A DNA stretch of 64,000 nt, taken from positions 32,001 to 96,000 of IMG/VR virus record IMGVR_UViG_3300005573_000055, one strand, 5' to 3'. The notes under the pieces were generated by a model. It was not told where the DNA came from and did not search any database. It worked only from the letters and a program-made list of their open reading frames with translations. Of the stretch, positions 57,040-64,000 are shown piece after piece; the stretch's first letter is position 1, and each line of letters begins with the position of its first letter. The position numbers were made by a program, and so were the translations under genes. The DNA comes from a virus.

Positions 57040-57588
57040 TTATAGAGTATACTTGCTATAAAGCAAATCTATTGCATATTTCATATCATCTCCAAAGAGA
57101 AGTCCCAGTTGGCTTTCCATTTCTTCAAGCATTAAGGGATTTGGAATGCAAAACTTTGACACAATGAGCATATCATATACTCCAAACTGTATGTCTTTTT
57201 CGAGGAATAAGACTGGCATGTTGCCTATAAAATCCATATTGTCTGATACTCTTTGAAGATCAAAGCAATATCTATTACCATCATCAGGATATATACTATA
57301 TATCTTATAGCCGCATAGACTGATCTTTGGCAATTTGTAAAGCATTTGCTTAATTTCAAAGTCTTTGCTAGACTTAGTGTTTAAGATAATACTTAGTCCC
57401 CGTTTTTCTTTGTTCTCGACAATTTGCAGCAAATTACTTCTCTTCTTAAGCTTTAGATCATAGAATGTATTAGAGGATGGATCAAAGAGATACTTGCCAC
57501 TGACAATAGACATTGTCTTTGAGCCAATTAAGTATTTGTCGAGCACGGGGAAATAACAATTATCTTTAAGGTCTATGTTTACCGACAT
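57040..57588 (-). CDS. hypothetical protein
   Basis: 182 aa ORF. Confidence 0.5.
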   Translation of the reverse strand: MSVNIDLKDNCYFPVLDKYLIGSKTMSIVSGKYLFDPSSNTFYDLKLKKRSNLLQIVENKEKRGLSIILNTKSSKDFEIKQMLYKLPKISLCGYKIYSIYPDDGNRYCFDLQRVSDNMDFIGNMPVLFLEKDIQFGVYDMLIVSKFCIPNPLMLEEMESQLGLLFGDDMKYAIDLLYSKYTL

Positions 57589-57594
57589 GATGCT

Positions 57595-57927
57595 TTACCA
57601 TTTTTGTAATTCTTCAAGTGGATCTTTGTGTTCCCAACTATTAGCAGGAACTTTTGATATTTCAAGCTTGCTGCCAAACATCCTTTTAGCTTTTCCTAAA
57701 TACTCTTCCCATGTTTCCGTATTTACATATTGACTATAATTATCCCACTTTTTAAGCTGTGGATGTTCAGCCAAGATAAACTCTTTGCAGAATTGAGAAG
57801 CCCGTGGCAATTGATGCGTAAATAAGCTGTCATCAAGCATATAGTTCAAGATTGCATAGATGTTATCCATGCTTGTTAGCAATTTTCCGTGAGTAACACT
57901 TAAGATTGTTCCAATGTCAAATTTCAT
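57595..57927 (-). CDS. conserved phage hypothetical protein
   Basis: GTILSVT.GKLL...YM....LFTHQLPRA...HPQL motif. Confidence 0.6.
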   Translation of the reverse strand: MKFDIGTILSVTHGKLLTSMDNIYAILNYMLDDSLFTHQLPRASQFCKEFILAEHPQLKKWDNYSQYVNTETWEEYLGKAKRMFGSKLEISKVPANSWEHKDPLEELQKW

Positions 57928-57948
57928 CTTTCCCCCATTATTTATTAG

Positions 57949-58257
57949 CTAACCTCCTTGAGTAGTCAGTGAAAGTTCTGAATCTATAGAGCTTATTTCC
58001 TCTTTGATAAGACCTTCGATATCTTGATTGTAGATCATTCTCATCTTGCAGACATCGTAAACTATATAATTGTCAAACATTCCTTCAATTGGAATATTGC
58101 CGTCAGATGATATGAATATACTATCACCAAAGGTTTCTTTTAACCTATTAGTCAGCTGGCGAATGAACTCAAGAGCCTTTGTTCTACTGTAGAACGCACA
58201 GTCAAGAAAGCCTATCTTACTGTTAGTTTCTTTTCTGATAAGATAAATCTTCTTCAA
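57949..58257 (-). CDS. hypothetical protein
   Basis: 102 aa; TTG start with GAGGAG RBS. Confidence 0.5.
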   Translation of the reverse strand: MKKIYLIRKETNSKIGFLDCAFYSRTKALEFIRQLTNRLKETFGDSIFISSDGNIPIEGMFDNYIVYDVCKMRMIYNQDIEGLIKEEISSIDSELSLTTQGG

Positions 58258-58793
58258 GTTGATGTCTCCTCTATTGTTCTAAAATTACTTAAGTTATTTA
58301 TTGCGTAAAAAGTAATCATAATTGCATCAGCAATGTCTTGTGTCAAGTCTTTTTTCTTGATTTCAGTGTTTTTCTTTACATACCTAAGCGCATCTTTCTT
58401 GATGTTCTTAAAGCCAAAGTATTTTCCCCACTGACGAGCATCAACGTAGTGAATTTCATAGTCAAATCCTGCATGAACTGAAGCATATTCTATGGCATTT
58501 AGAGTAGCTTCCAGTGCTCTTGCGGCGGAAATGGATGCTCTAAATCGAACATTATTTATCATAGGCCGCTCAATGGCTATGACTACATAGACAGGTTTAT
58601 CATAATTATCAACTGCACTTGCAATAAGACTGCTTAGAGCAAGTGCATTGATTCTTTGGATGTTGCTTTTCTTCTTGGTATAGTTTCTTTCAGTATAAAC
58701 AGGCATTTTAGAATACTCAATTATCTTGCTGCCGTCGCTTATAACTATAGCGCCAGTTACTCCATTGTCGATGCCAATGTAAAGGATATTCAT
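58254..58793 (-). CDS. RuvC-like Holliday junction resolvase
   Basis: IGIDNGVTGAI, IAIERP, W.K and IADA RNase H-fold acidic residues. Confidence 0.8.
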   Translation of the reverse strand: MNILYIGIDNGVTGAIVISDGSKIIEYSKMPVYTERNYTKKKSNIQRINALALSSLIASAVDNYDKPVYVVIAIERPMINNVRFRASISAARALEATLNAIEYASVHAGFDYEIHYVDARQWGKYFGFKNIKKDALRYVKKNTEIKKKDLTQDIADAIMITFYAINNLSNFRTIEETST

Positions 58794-58796
58794 GTT

Positions 58797-59246
58797 TTAC
58801 CTTTTGTTTTTAGTAGACATAATAAAGCTATCAATTGACACTGCTGGTTCTTCAACCTGAATGGAGTTCTTAAAAACAGTATCAACAATTACTTCAATAG
58901 TAAACTTATTTGTCTCATACTCCTTGACAAGCGCAAATGCAGGATTTAACTCCTCCATAGCGCTTGAATCAATAAAGTCAATAATGTGTTTATCTTTTAT
59001 GTAATCAACATCATTGAACATTGCCTTAAGGGATTTTCTTCTCTTAATGACAATAAATCCCACAGAACGCCAATTCATTTCCTCATTGTAAAATCCTATA
59101 TCAAACACTAAAGCTGAGCCACCTTTAGATCTTTCGTCTACTCTTTTCTCAAGTAGTACTTTTTTCCCAGTAGGACTTATGAGATAAACTCTAGGAATAC
59201 ACAGCGATAGGAAAAGTAATTCCCTTACTGAAGTGCTTTCTGACAT
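58797..59246 (-). CDS. hypothetical protein
   Basis: 149 aa; GGAG RBS. Confidence 0.5.
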   Translation of the reverse strand: MSESTSVRELLFLSLCIPRVYLISPTGKKVLLEKRVDERSKGGSALVFDIGFYNEEMNWRSVGFIVIKRRKSLKAMFNDVDYIKDKHIIDFIDSSAMEELNPAFALVKEYETNKFTIEVIVDTVFKNSIQVEEPAVSIDSFIMSTKNKR

Positions 59247-59261
59247 ATATTGTCTCCAGAA

Positions 59262-59486
59262 TTAAACTGATGCGGATAAAGAGGTTTGCTTTTGTGGTTG
59301 TGAAGATTTCTTTATAGATAATACTTTGTAGCTGATATTGCATTCATCAAGATAAGCCTGAACATCTTCGAATTTCTTATCTGCAAGATGATCATATCCA
59401 AAGGAAGTAAAAGTAACAGTGCCATCTTTGATGATAAGAAATTCAAGACGTCCATTGTTGCGGAAAATAACTAATTGTTTATCCAC
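59262..59486 (-). CDS. hypothetical protein
   Basis: 74 aa; GAGGAG RBS. Confidence 0.5.
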   Translation of the reverse strand: MDKQLVIFRNNGRLEFLIIKDGTVTFTSFGYDHLADKKFEDVQAYLDECNISYKVLSIKKSSQPQKQTSLSASV

Positions 59487-59769
59487 CTACTATCACTCCT
59501 CTACTAGTTTCAATTTTTGTTAATCGTTTTTCTGTTATATAAAATAGTAACGTAGTAGCTATATTAGCGGCAACGAAGGCAAGTGCAGGCTGTAACACCA
59601 GTAACAAGACAAATGCTATACCTAAATACGTGAAAATATACAGCATGAAGATATAGAAGTAGCAGTAAATCATATAGAATGCAAACTTTAATCCTAAAAG
59701 GAAAAAGCTAAAGAACTGCTTAATTTTTAGTAAAAGCTTTTTTACCATTGTGATTAGCTTCACTTTCAA
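59479..59769 (-). CDS. membrane protein
   Basis: long hydrophobic stretch; GGAGG RBS. Confidence 0.5.
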   Translation of the reverse strand: MKVKLITMVKKLLLKIKQFFSFFLLGLKFAFYMIYCYFYIFMLYIFTYLGIAFVLLLVLQPALAFVAANIATTLLFYITEKRLTKIETSRGVIVGG

Positions 59770-59911
59770 CCTCCTTGGTTTGTTTATTATTTGTTGTATA
59801 TTGCGGGCAAAAGAGTACTTTTGCGCCGGAAGTGACTATGATCTTGCACTTGTTAGCGCATTTTAAACATAGTTCAGCTACCTTCATCGAAGGATATTTC
59901 TCTGCTGACAT
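59720..59911 (-). CDS. small Cys-rich protein
   Basis: CLKCANKCK...FCPQY; AAGGAG RBS. Confidence 0.5.
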   Translation of the reverse strand: MSAEKYPSMKVAELCLKCANKCKIIVTSGAKVLFCPQYTTNNKQTKEVESEANHNGKKAFTKN

Positions 59912-59968
59912 AAAAACTCCTTGAGAAATGTTAATCGAATGGTTTGAAAAGCGCAGGTATTGTTTTAG

Positions 59969-60175
59969 TTATTCTTTTCTATCAGCTTTTTTGTCATCAT
60001 GCTTACTATCAAAGAGCTTGTTAGCTTTAATAGTAAGCTCTTCGCCGGCAGGATTTTTAAATACATAAATCACATCACCAGTGTCAACTTCTACATCTTC
60101 GCCGATATACTTATATCCTCTTTGCTCTAAGGCTATCTTAAGAGAGTTAATTAACTTTTCAACGTTTTTATCCAT
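59969..60175 (-). CDS. hypothetical protein
   Basis: 68 aa; AAGGAG RBS. Confidence 0.55.
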   Translation of the reverse strand: MDKNVEKLINSLKIALEQRGYKYIGEDVEVDTGDVIYVFKNPAGEELTIKANKLFDSKHDDKKADRKE

Positions 60176-60194
60176 ATTTTATAACTCCTTTATT

Positions 60195-61841
60195 TTATTT
60201 ATCTAAATGCCAATCTACAAGTTTAGCTGCTCGGCCTTCGTGGCCTTTAAATCCAGCAACCTTAGCCACACGGCCGATGTACTGATCTTTATTCTCCATA
60301 ATGTCAAGAACTGTATCATAGTTGCCAACCTGACCTGGTCCAAGCTTAAATCTTTTGCCTGACTCTAAAGATCTACACCACATAACACCTGCGATAGCAC
60401 CTTTGTCAGTGATTCTAAAGTCAATGTCTTCAACTATCCAATCAAAAAGATCTTCACGCCACTTGATCTTAAAACCATTAATAATGGAATCACCAAAGCC
60501 AGTAGCAACAAGCCCTTCCATAGAACGATCATCTATATCGGTAAGCTCAACTACTTTGAGAATATCTGGCTTAAGAAGAGCAACTTTCTCTTGGAATTTT
60601 CTATTCTCAAAGAAGGGAGCATCATAAAGCTTTAAGTTTCCATATTTATCTACGCGATAGAGCCTAATTTCTGGCTGGACATTATCAGGTCTAAGCGAGT
60701 TGGAGTTTAGTATTCCGCCAATTTCATGGGCTGGAATATATCCTCCGGGAATAATGCCAAAATACTTCTTCCGGAAGAGAAGCTCTCCCATAGCTTTAAT
60801 CTCTTTCTCAGAAGAAACATCTGCCAATTCCCAGACTTTAGGTGTATATTCTATCCTTCGGCCCGTAGTTTTACTTATTCGCGGGGAATAGATTCTTGTG
60901 CCTTTCTTTGTAGTCCAGACGTAACAACTAGCTCCATCATATTTCTTAGTAATTGTCGCCGGATCAATTTTCTTCTCAAACTCGCTAACAGTATCAATGA
61001 GCTTTAAGTGCAATCTATCTTCAAACCTAACATCAGGATTAGTCTTAAAGCCCCAAACAGCGATAGGAGTCTTGCCATCATAAAGTTTATGGATGTATAT
61101 AGTATTATCAGGATCCAGCTGTGGGATATACATTTCTGCAGTTTCACCTTTTCCGCCGGAAATCTTCATAATCAAAGCATCTCCTTCAAGGACCTTCTGT
61201 CTAGTAAAACCACTACCATAGCCTTGACTTAGACTGCCGTTAAAGAACTCAAAAGAAGCCTCACTTTTAGAATGGTCAATATTTTGAGGAACTCTCGAGC
61301 GATTACTAATCTCTTCCCGCAAAAATGCAATAAGCTCTTTCTTGGAAGTTTCAGTCAAATGTCCATCTCTATTAAACTTAATTTTACTTTCCACAGGCTT
61401 ACCAGATACTCTTACAATGAAAGAAGTGCCATTTCCAAAATGCACATCAAGGTGTTTGCCTGCTCTACTGGCATCATGATAGACAACAACAAAGCTTGTT
61501 TTTCCCTTAGAAGAAAACCAGCTTCTTCTGCCAAGAAAGAGGTGAGACTCATTTATGTTATGCATCCTAATTACTTTCATTGCAGCCAGATCAACAATAC
61601 TAAAAGCAACCATAAAGCCAAAGCTTTCGCCTAAACGCTCGGCAAAGTGTCTTCCATCCCCCTTTTTCGCCCGAAAAATAAACGCTCCCTTCCTTGCAAC
61701 CCTCAAAGCCTTAACAAGCTTTCCAACAGGAAGTAAACCAACAAAATTCCAAAAACTAAGCCTTCCTAAACCTAAAGACCTACTTCCCTGGCCAACAACA
61801 ATACTAAACTCCTCTAAGAATTTCACTTTTCCTCCTTGCAT
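60195..61841 (-). CDS. ATP-dependent DNA ligase with N-terminal LigD-type phosphoesterase-like domain
   Basis: ligase motifs KYDG (I), GEL (III), EGLV (IV), KIK (V) and an OB fold; FVVVYHDASRAGKHLDVHF resembles the LigD PE motif FVVQxHxAxRxHYDxRL. Confidence 0.75.
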   Translation of the reverse strand: MQGGKVKFLEEFSIVVGQGSRSLGLGRLSFWNFVGLLPVGKLVKALRVARKGAFIFRAKKGDGRHFAERLGESFGFMVAFSIVDLAAMKVIRMHNINESHLFLGRRSWFSSKGKTSFVVVYHDASRAGKHLDVHFGNGTSFIVRVSGKPVESKIKFNRDGHLTETSKKELIAFLREEISNRSRVPQNIDHSKSEASFEFFNGSLSQGYGSGFTRQKVLEGDALIMKISGGKGETAEMYIPQLDPDNTIYIHKLYDGKTPIAVWGFKTNPDVRFEDRLHLKLIDTVSEFEKKIDPATITKKYDGASCYVWTTKKGTRIYSPRISKTTGRRIEYTPKVWELADVSSEKEIKAMGELLFRKKYFGIIPGGYIPAHEIGGILNSNSLRPDNVQPEIRLYRVDKYGNLKLYDAPFFENRKFQEKVALLKPDILKVVELTDIDDRSMEGLVATGFGDSIINGFKIKWREDLFDWIVEDIDFRITDKGAIAGVMWCRSLESGKRFKLGPGQVGNYDTVLDIMENKDQYIGRVAKVAGFKGHEGRAAKLVDWHLDK

Positions 61842-62163
61842 TTTTCCGCATAATTACAGTAATCAACACAGAAATAGCATTCGACATAGTCAATCCCAAA
61901 ATACCACCAGCAACAGCATCACCAAAGCCAAGCATCGAAACAAGGAAGCAAGTAACAAACAAATCAAGCAGGAAATACCTGCCGAGACTGAAAAACCTAC
62001 CAATATTGCGGAACAATGAAAATACCTTGCCAAAGAAATCAACAATAAAATTTCCCTTCGGCCGATAAATATACACATTCTCCAAGAAAGGCCTAAGCTC
62101 CAAATACCAAAACCACACAGCTACAACAACCATTGCAACACCAAGCAAAAGCAACATTGCCAT
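61804..62163 (-). CDS. membrane protein
   Basis: several hydrophobic segments; AAGGAG RBS. Confidence 0.55.
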   Translation of the reverse strand: MAMLLLLGVAMVVVAVWFWYLELRPFLENVYIYRPKGNFIVDFFGKVFSLFRNIGRFFSLGRYFLLDLFVTCFLVSMLGFGDAVAGGILGLTMSNAISVLITVIMRKNARRKSEILRGV

Positions 62164-62380
62164 AGCTTACTTCTCCTTTATTGTTTTAAACTTAGATAAA
62201 GCACCAAATGCCTTCTCCTGCAACTTAGAAGTTAATTTCCAGAAAGTCAAGAACAGCACGCTGTAAATAAACACTCTCAATGAAGAAAAGTACATCTTCA
62301 AGTAGTGTTTAACCTTAATGACCATAATGCCTCCTTAATGACTCTTAAATGCCTCTTTTAGGCTGTTTTTCATTTGAGTT

Positions 62381-62407
62381 AGAAAAGTAAGGCGGGTCTT
62401 GCCCGCC
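62381..62407 (-). terminator. intrinsic terminator after ssb
   Basis: GGCGGG-caaga-CCCGCC stem followed by TTACTTTTCT on the - strand. Confidence 0.65.
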
Positions 62408-62432
62408 CTGGAACACCTGGATTGGCAGAGGA

Positions 62433-62843
62433 TCAGAAGGGAAGGTCGTCCGGAAGCCCGACTCCCTCTACCTCTGCCAATTTGTCAGACAAAACCTGAC
62501 TTTCTGTCATACCAGCTTCCTCTGTACCGTTGCCATTACCTCTCAGGATGTTTATCTGAGTAGCAAGAACGTCGTAATAAGCTACCTGAGTGTCTTTATT
62601 ATAGGAAGAGCGAAGTTTCCCGACGATTAAGACCTTCTGTCCTTTCTTGAAGGAATTGGCTTTGTCGTCGAAGTTAGTGAAATAGGAAATATTGTGCCAG
62701 GTAGTATGCTTTGTCAGGCCGTTTCTGCCGTTGTAAAACTCGTCGTTGGCTAGTTTGAAGGCAACGAACTTTCGGCCATTTTCAGAATTGCGGATGATAG
62801 GATCACTGCCAATATTTCCTTCGAGAATTACTAAGTTAATCAT
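62433..62843 (-). CDS. ssb: single-stranded DNA-binding protein
   Basis: INLVILEGNIGSDP, TTWHNI, KKGQKVLIVGKL motifs and C-terminal DDLPF. Confidence 0.95.
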   Translation of the reverse strand: MINLVILEGNIGSDPIIRNSENGRKFVAFKLANDEFYNGRNGLTKHTTWHNISYFTNFDDKANSFKKGQKVLIVGKLRSSYNKDTQVAYYDVLATQINILRGNGNGTEEAGMTESQVLSDKLAEVEGVGLPDDLPF

Positions 62844-63136
62844 GCTATTTCCTCCGATGTTTGTTTGAGTGTTAACTTTTTGGATTTGTAGAGATTGTCA
62901 AGAACAGTCTTAGAGACGTTTAATTCTCTGATGGTAAGCCCATTGCGGACGACTAGGGATATTTTCCCGAGCAAAGAGGATATAGTTTGTATATCTTTCT
63001 GGCTGCAGGAGCTTCCATCTAATTTTTGCGGGCGAAGGACATACATTGTTCCTTCTTTGCGGGAATCAAATTTCCTCACAATCTGGAACATGATGTCCTT
63101 CTTCTTACTCTTTGGAACTAAGTAGTACATTGTCAC
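62840..63136 (-). CDS. hypothetical protein
   Basis: 98 aa; AGGAGG RBS; overlaps ssb. Confidence 0.55.
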   Translation of the reverse strand: MTMYYLVPKSKKKDIMFQIVRKFDSRKEGTMYVLRPQKLDGSSCSQKDIQTISSLLGKISLVVRNGLTIRELNVSKTVLDNLYKSKKLTLKQTSEEIA

Positions 63137-63318
63137 ACCTCCTTTTTATTTGTTTATTCAAAATCCTTTTCTTTTCCTGATAGAAAGTCTCTAAAGCTTG
63201 TAGAGCACCAAAGACTTTCTAATCAGGGGCGAAAAGGCTTGTCTTTCAAATGCAAATCTATAGCACCTGCAAATGCAGGAAAGCTGCATTTTTGTATGCC
63301 TTTCTGCTACAGACTGAT

Positions 63319-63491
63319 GTTTATCCTCCGGGAAAGTCTTTCAAGAGGGTTTTTCATTCGCCGGAAAGGGAGTTTATCCTCCGGGAGAAACCTTTCAAGA
63401 GGCTTATCCTTTCTTGAGGGGTTTATCCTCCGGGGATGGGCCTTTCAAGATAGCTTATCCTCTCTTGAAAGAGGAGCTTTATCCTCCGGGA
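63319..63491. repeat. four copies of TTTATCCTCCGGG interleaved with CTTTCAAGA words/hairpins
   Basis: 13-mer at 63320, 63373, 63422 and 63478; CTTTCAAGA at 63338, 63392 and 63442. Confidence 0.8.
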
Positions 63492-63569
63492 AGTAAGCAA
63501 ATTTTCTCGTGGATTGCTGGTCGAGGGCTATCAGGCAACCCACGCTAGCTATTTCAAACCTGTTTATGC

Positions 63570-63845
63570 TTAGAAATACTCCACAAAGTCGTGTTTTCTG
63601 TGGTATGTAAACTTTTTCTCGGGGGTTAGAATGGTGCTGAAGTCAAACTTTTCGTTTCTGGTGAAGGTTTTTATTTCATGCTCAAGTCCGGAAGGTGGTT
63701 CTTCGTCTAATTTTGCGGCGAAGAAGTAAATTTTACCTCCTTTGTAAGCTATGAGCTTGTATCCTTCAGCTTTCTGGATGGTTTCTGTCTGCAGGGTGTG
63801 TAGGTCCACAACTTTGGTAAGTCTAAAAGTCATTTGTCTCCTCAA
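63570..63845 (-). CDS. hypothetical protein
   Basis: ORF with GAGGAG RBS before the internal ATG (MTFRL). Confidence 0.5.
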   Translation of the reverse strand: MRRQMTFRLTKVVDLHTLQTETIQKAEGYKLIAYKGGKIYFFAAKLDEEPPSGLEHEIKTFTRNEKFDFSTILTPEKKFTYHRKHDFVEYF

Positions 63846-64000
63846 AGTTTTCTTCTTTAAGCGTTTTTGCGAATCCTCTTGCAGCTTTACGCATTGCGTA
63901 GGCTGTAATAAACGCCATTTTGAAGAGTCCGTAGGTCATTTTAACGTCGTCAATGGTGGCTGTAACTTTGTCGGAGGCCTTCTGGATCTGCAGTTTGGCC

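Noticed and set aside
63319-63491. CRISPR mini-array
   Set aside because: The repeat core is only 13 bp, the spacing is irregular, and the intervening sequences are related to each other rather than unique spacers.
1-64000. Numerous short antisense ORFs; tRNA genes; stop-codon reassignment
   Set aside because: The antisense ORFs lie wholly within well-supported genes. No tRNA cloverleaf was recognised by eye (not scanned). Conserved proteins are full length under the standard code.

Overview
This is an AT-rich segment of a large tailed-phage genome (standard genetic code) that also carries plasmid maintenance functions, so it is probably a phage-plasmid. All family assignments were made by eye from motifs, and no database search or folding program was run. 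1-6.4 kb (+) holds tail/tail-spike genes and a lysis cassette. A long (-) strand block follows: plasmid-type RepA with a DnaA-box-flanked origin, dNMP kinase, Cas4-like nuclease, AAA ATPase, primase-helicase fusion, split DnaE, RecA, a ~0.85 kb hairpin-packed candidate non-coding RNA, and class II ribonucleotide reductase. The most striking locus is 30.4-38 kb. It is a PRTRC-like prokaryotic ubiquitin operon (Ubl, E2, JAB, ThiF/E1) whose E1 gene overlaps the start of a retron-type reverse transcriptase with a non-canonical YGDN active site. A Zn-ribbon gene and a Whirly-like ssDNA-binding gene follow the RT. Directly upstream is a single-chain two-barrel RNA polymerase. One conserved promoter-like motif precedes both this operon and the structured RNA. 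Further right are a type Ib ParA/partner pair with a 50 x 8-bp centromere-like array, accessory genes (DUF1874/AcrIII-1-like, HicB, MazG-like, SLT, RuvC-like), a LigD-PE/ligase fusion, SSB and a GGA-repeat non-coding element.
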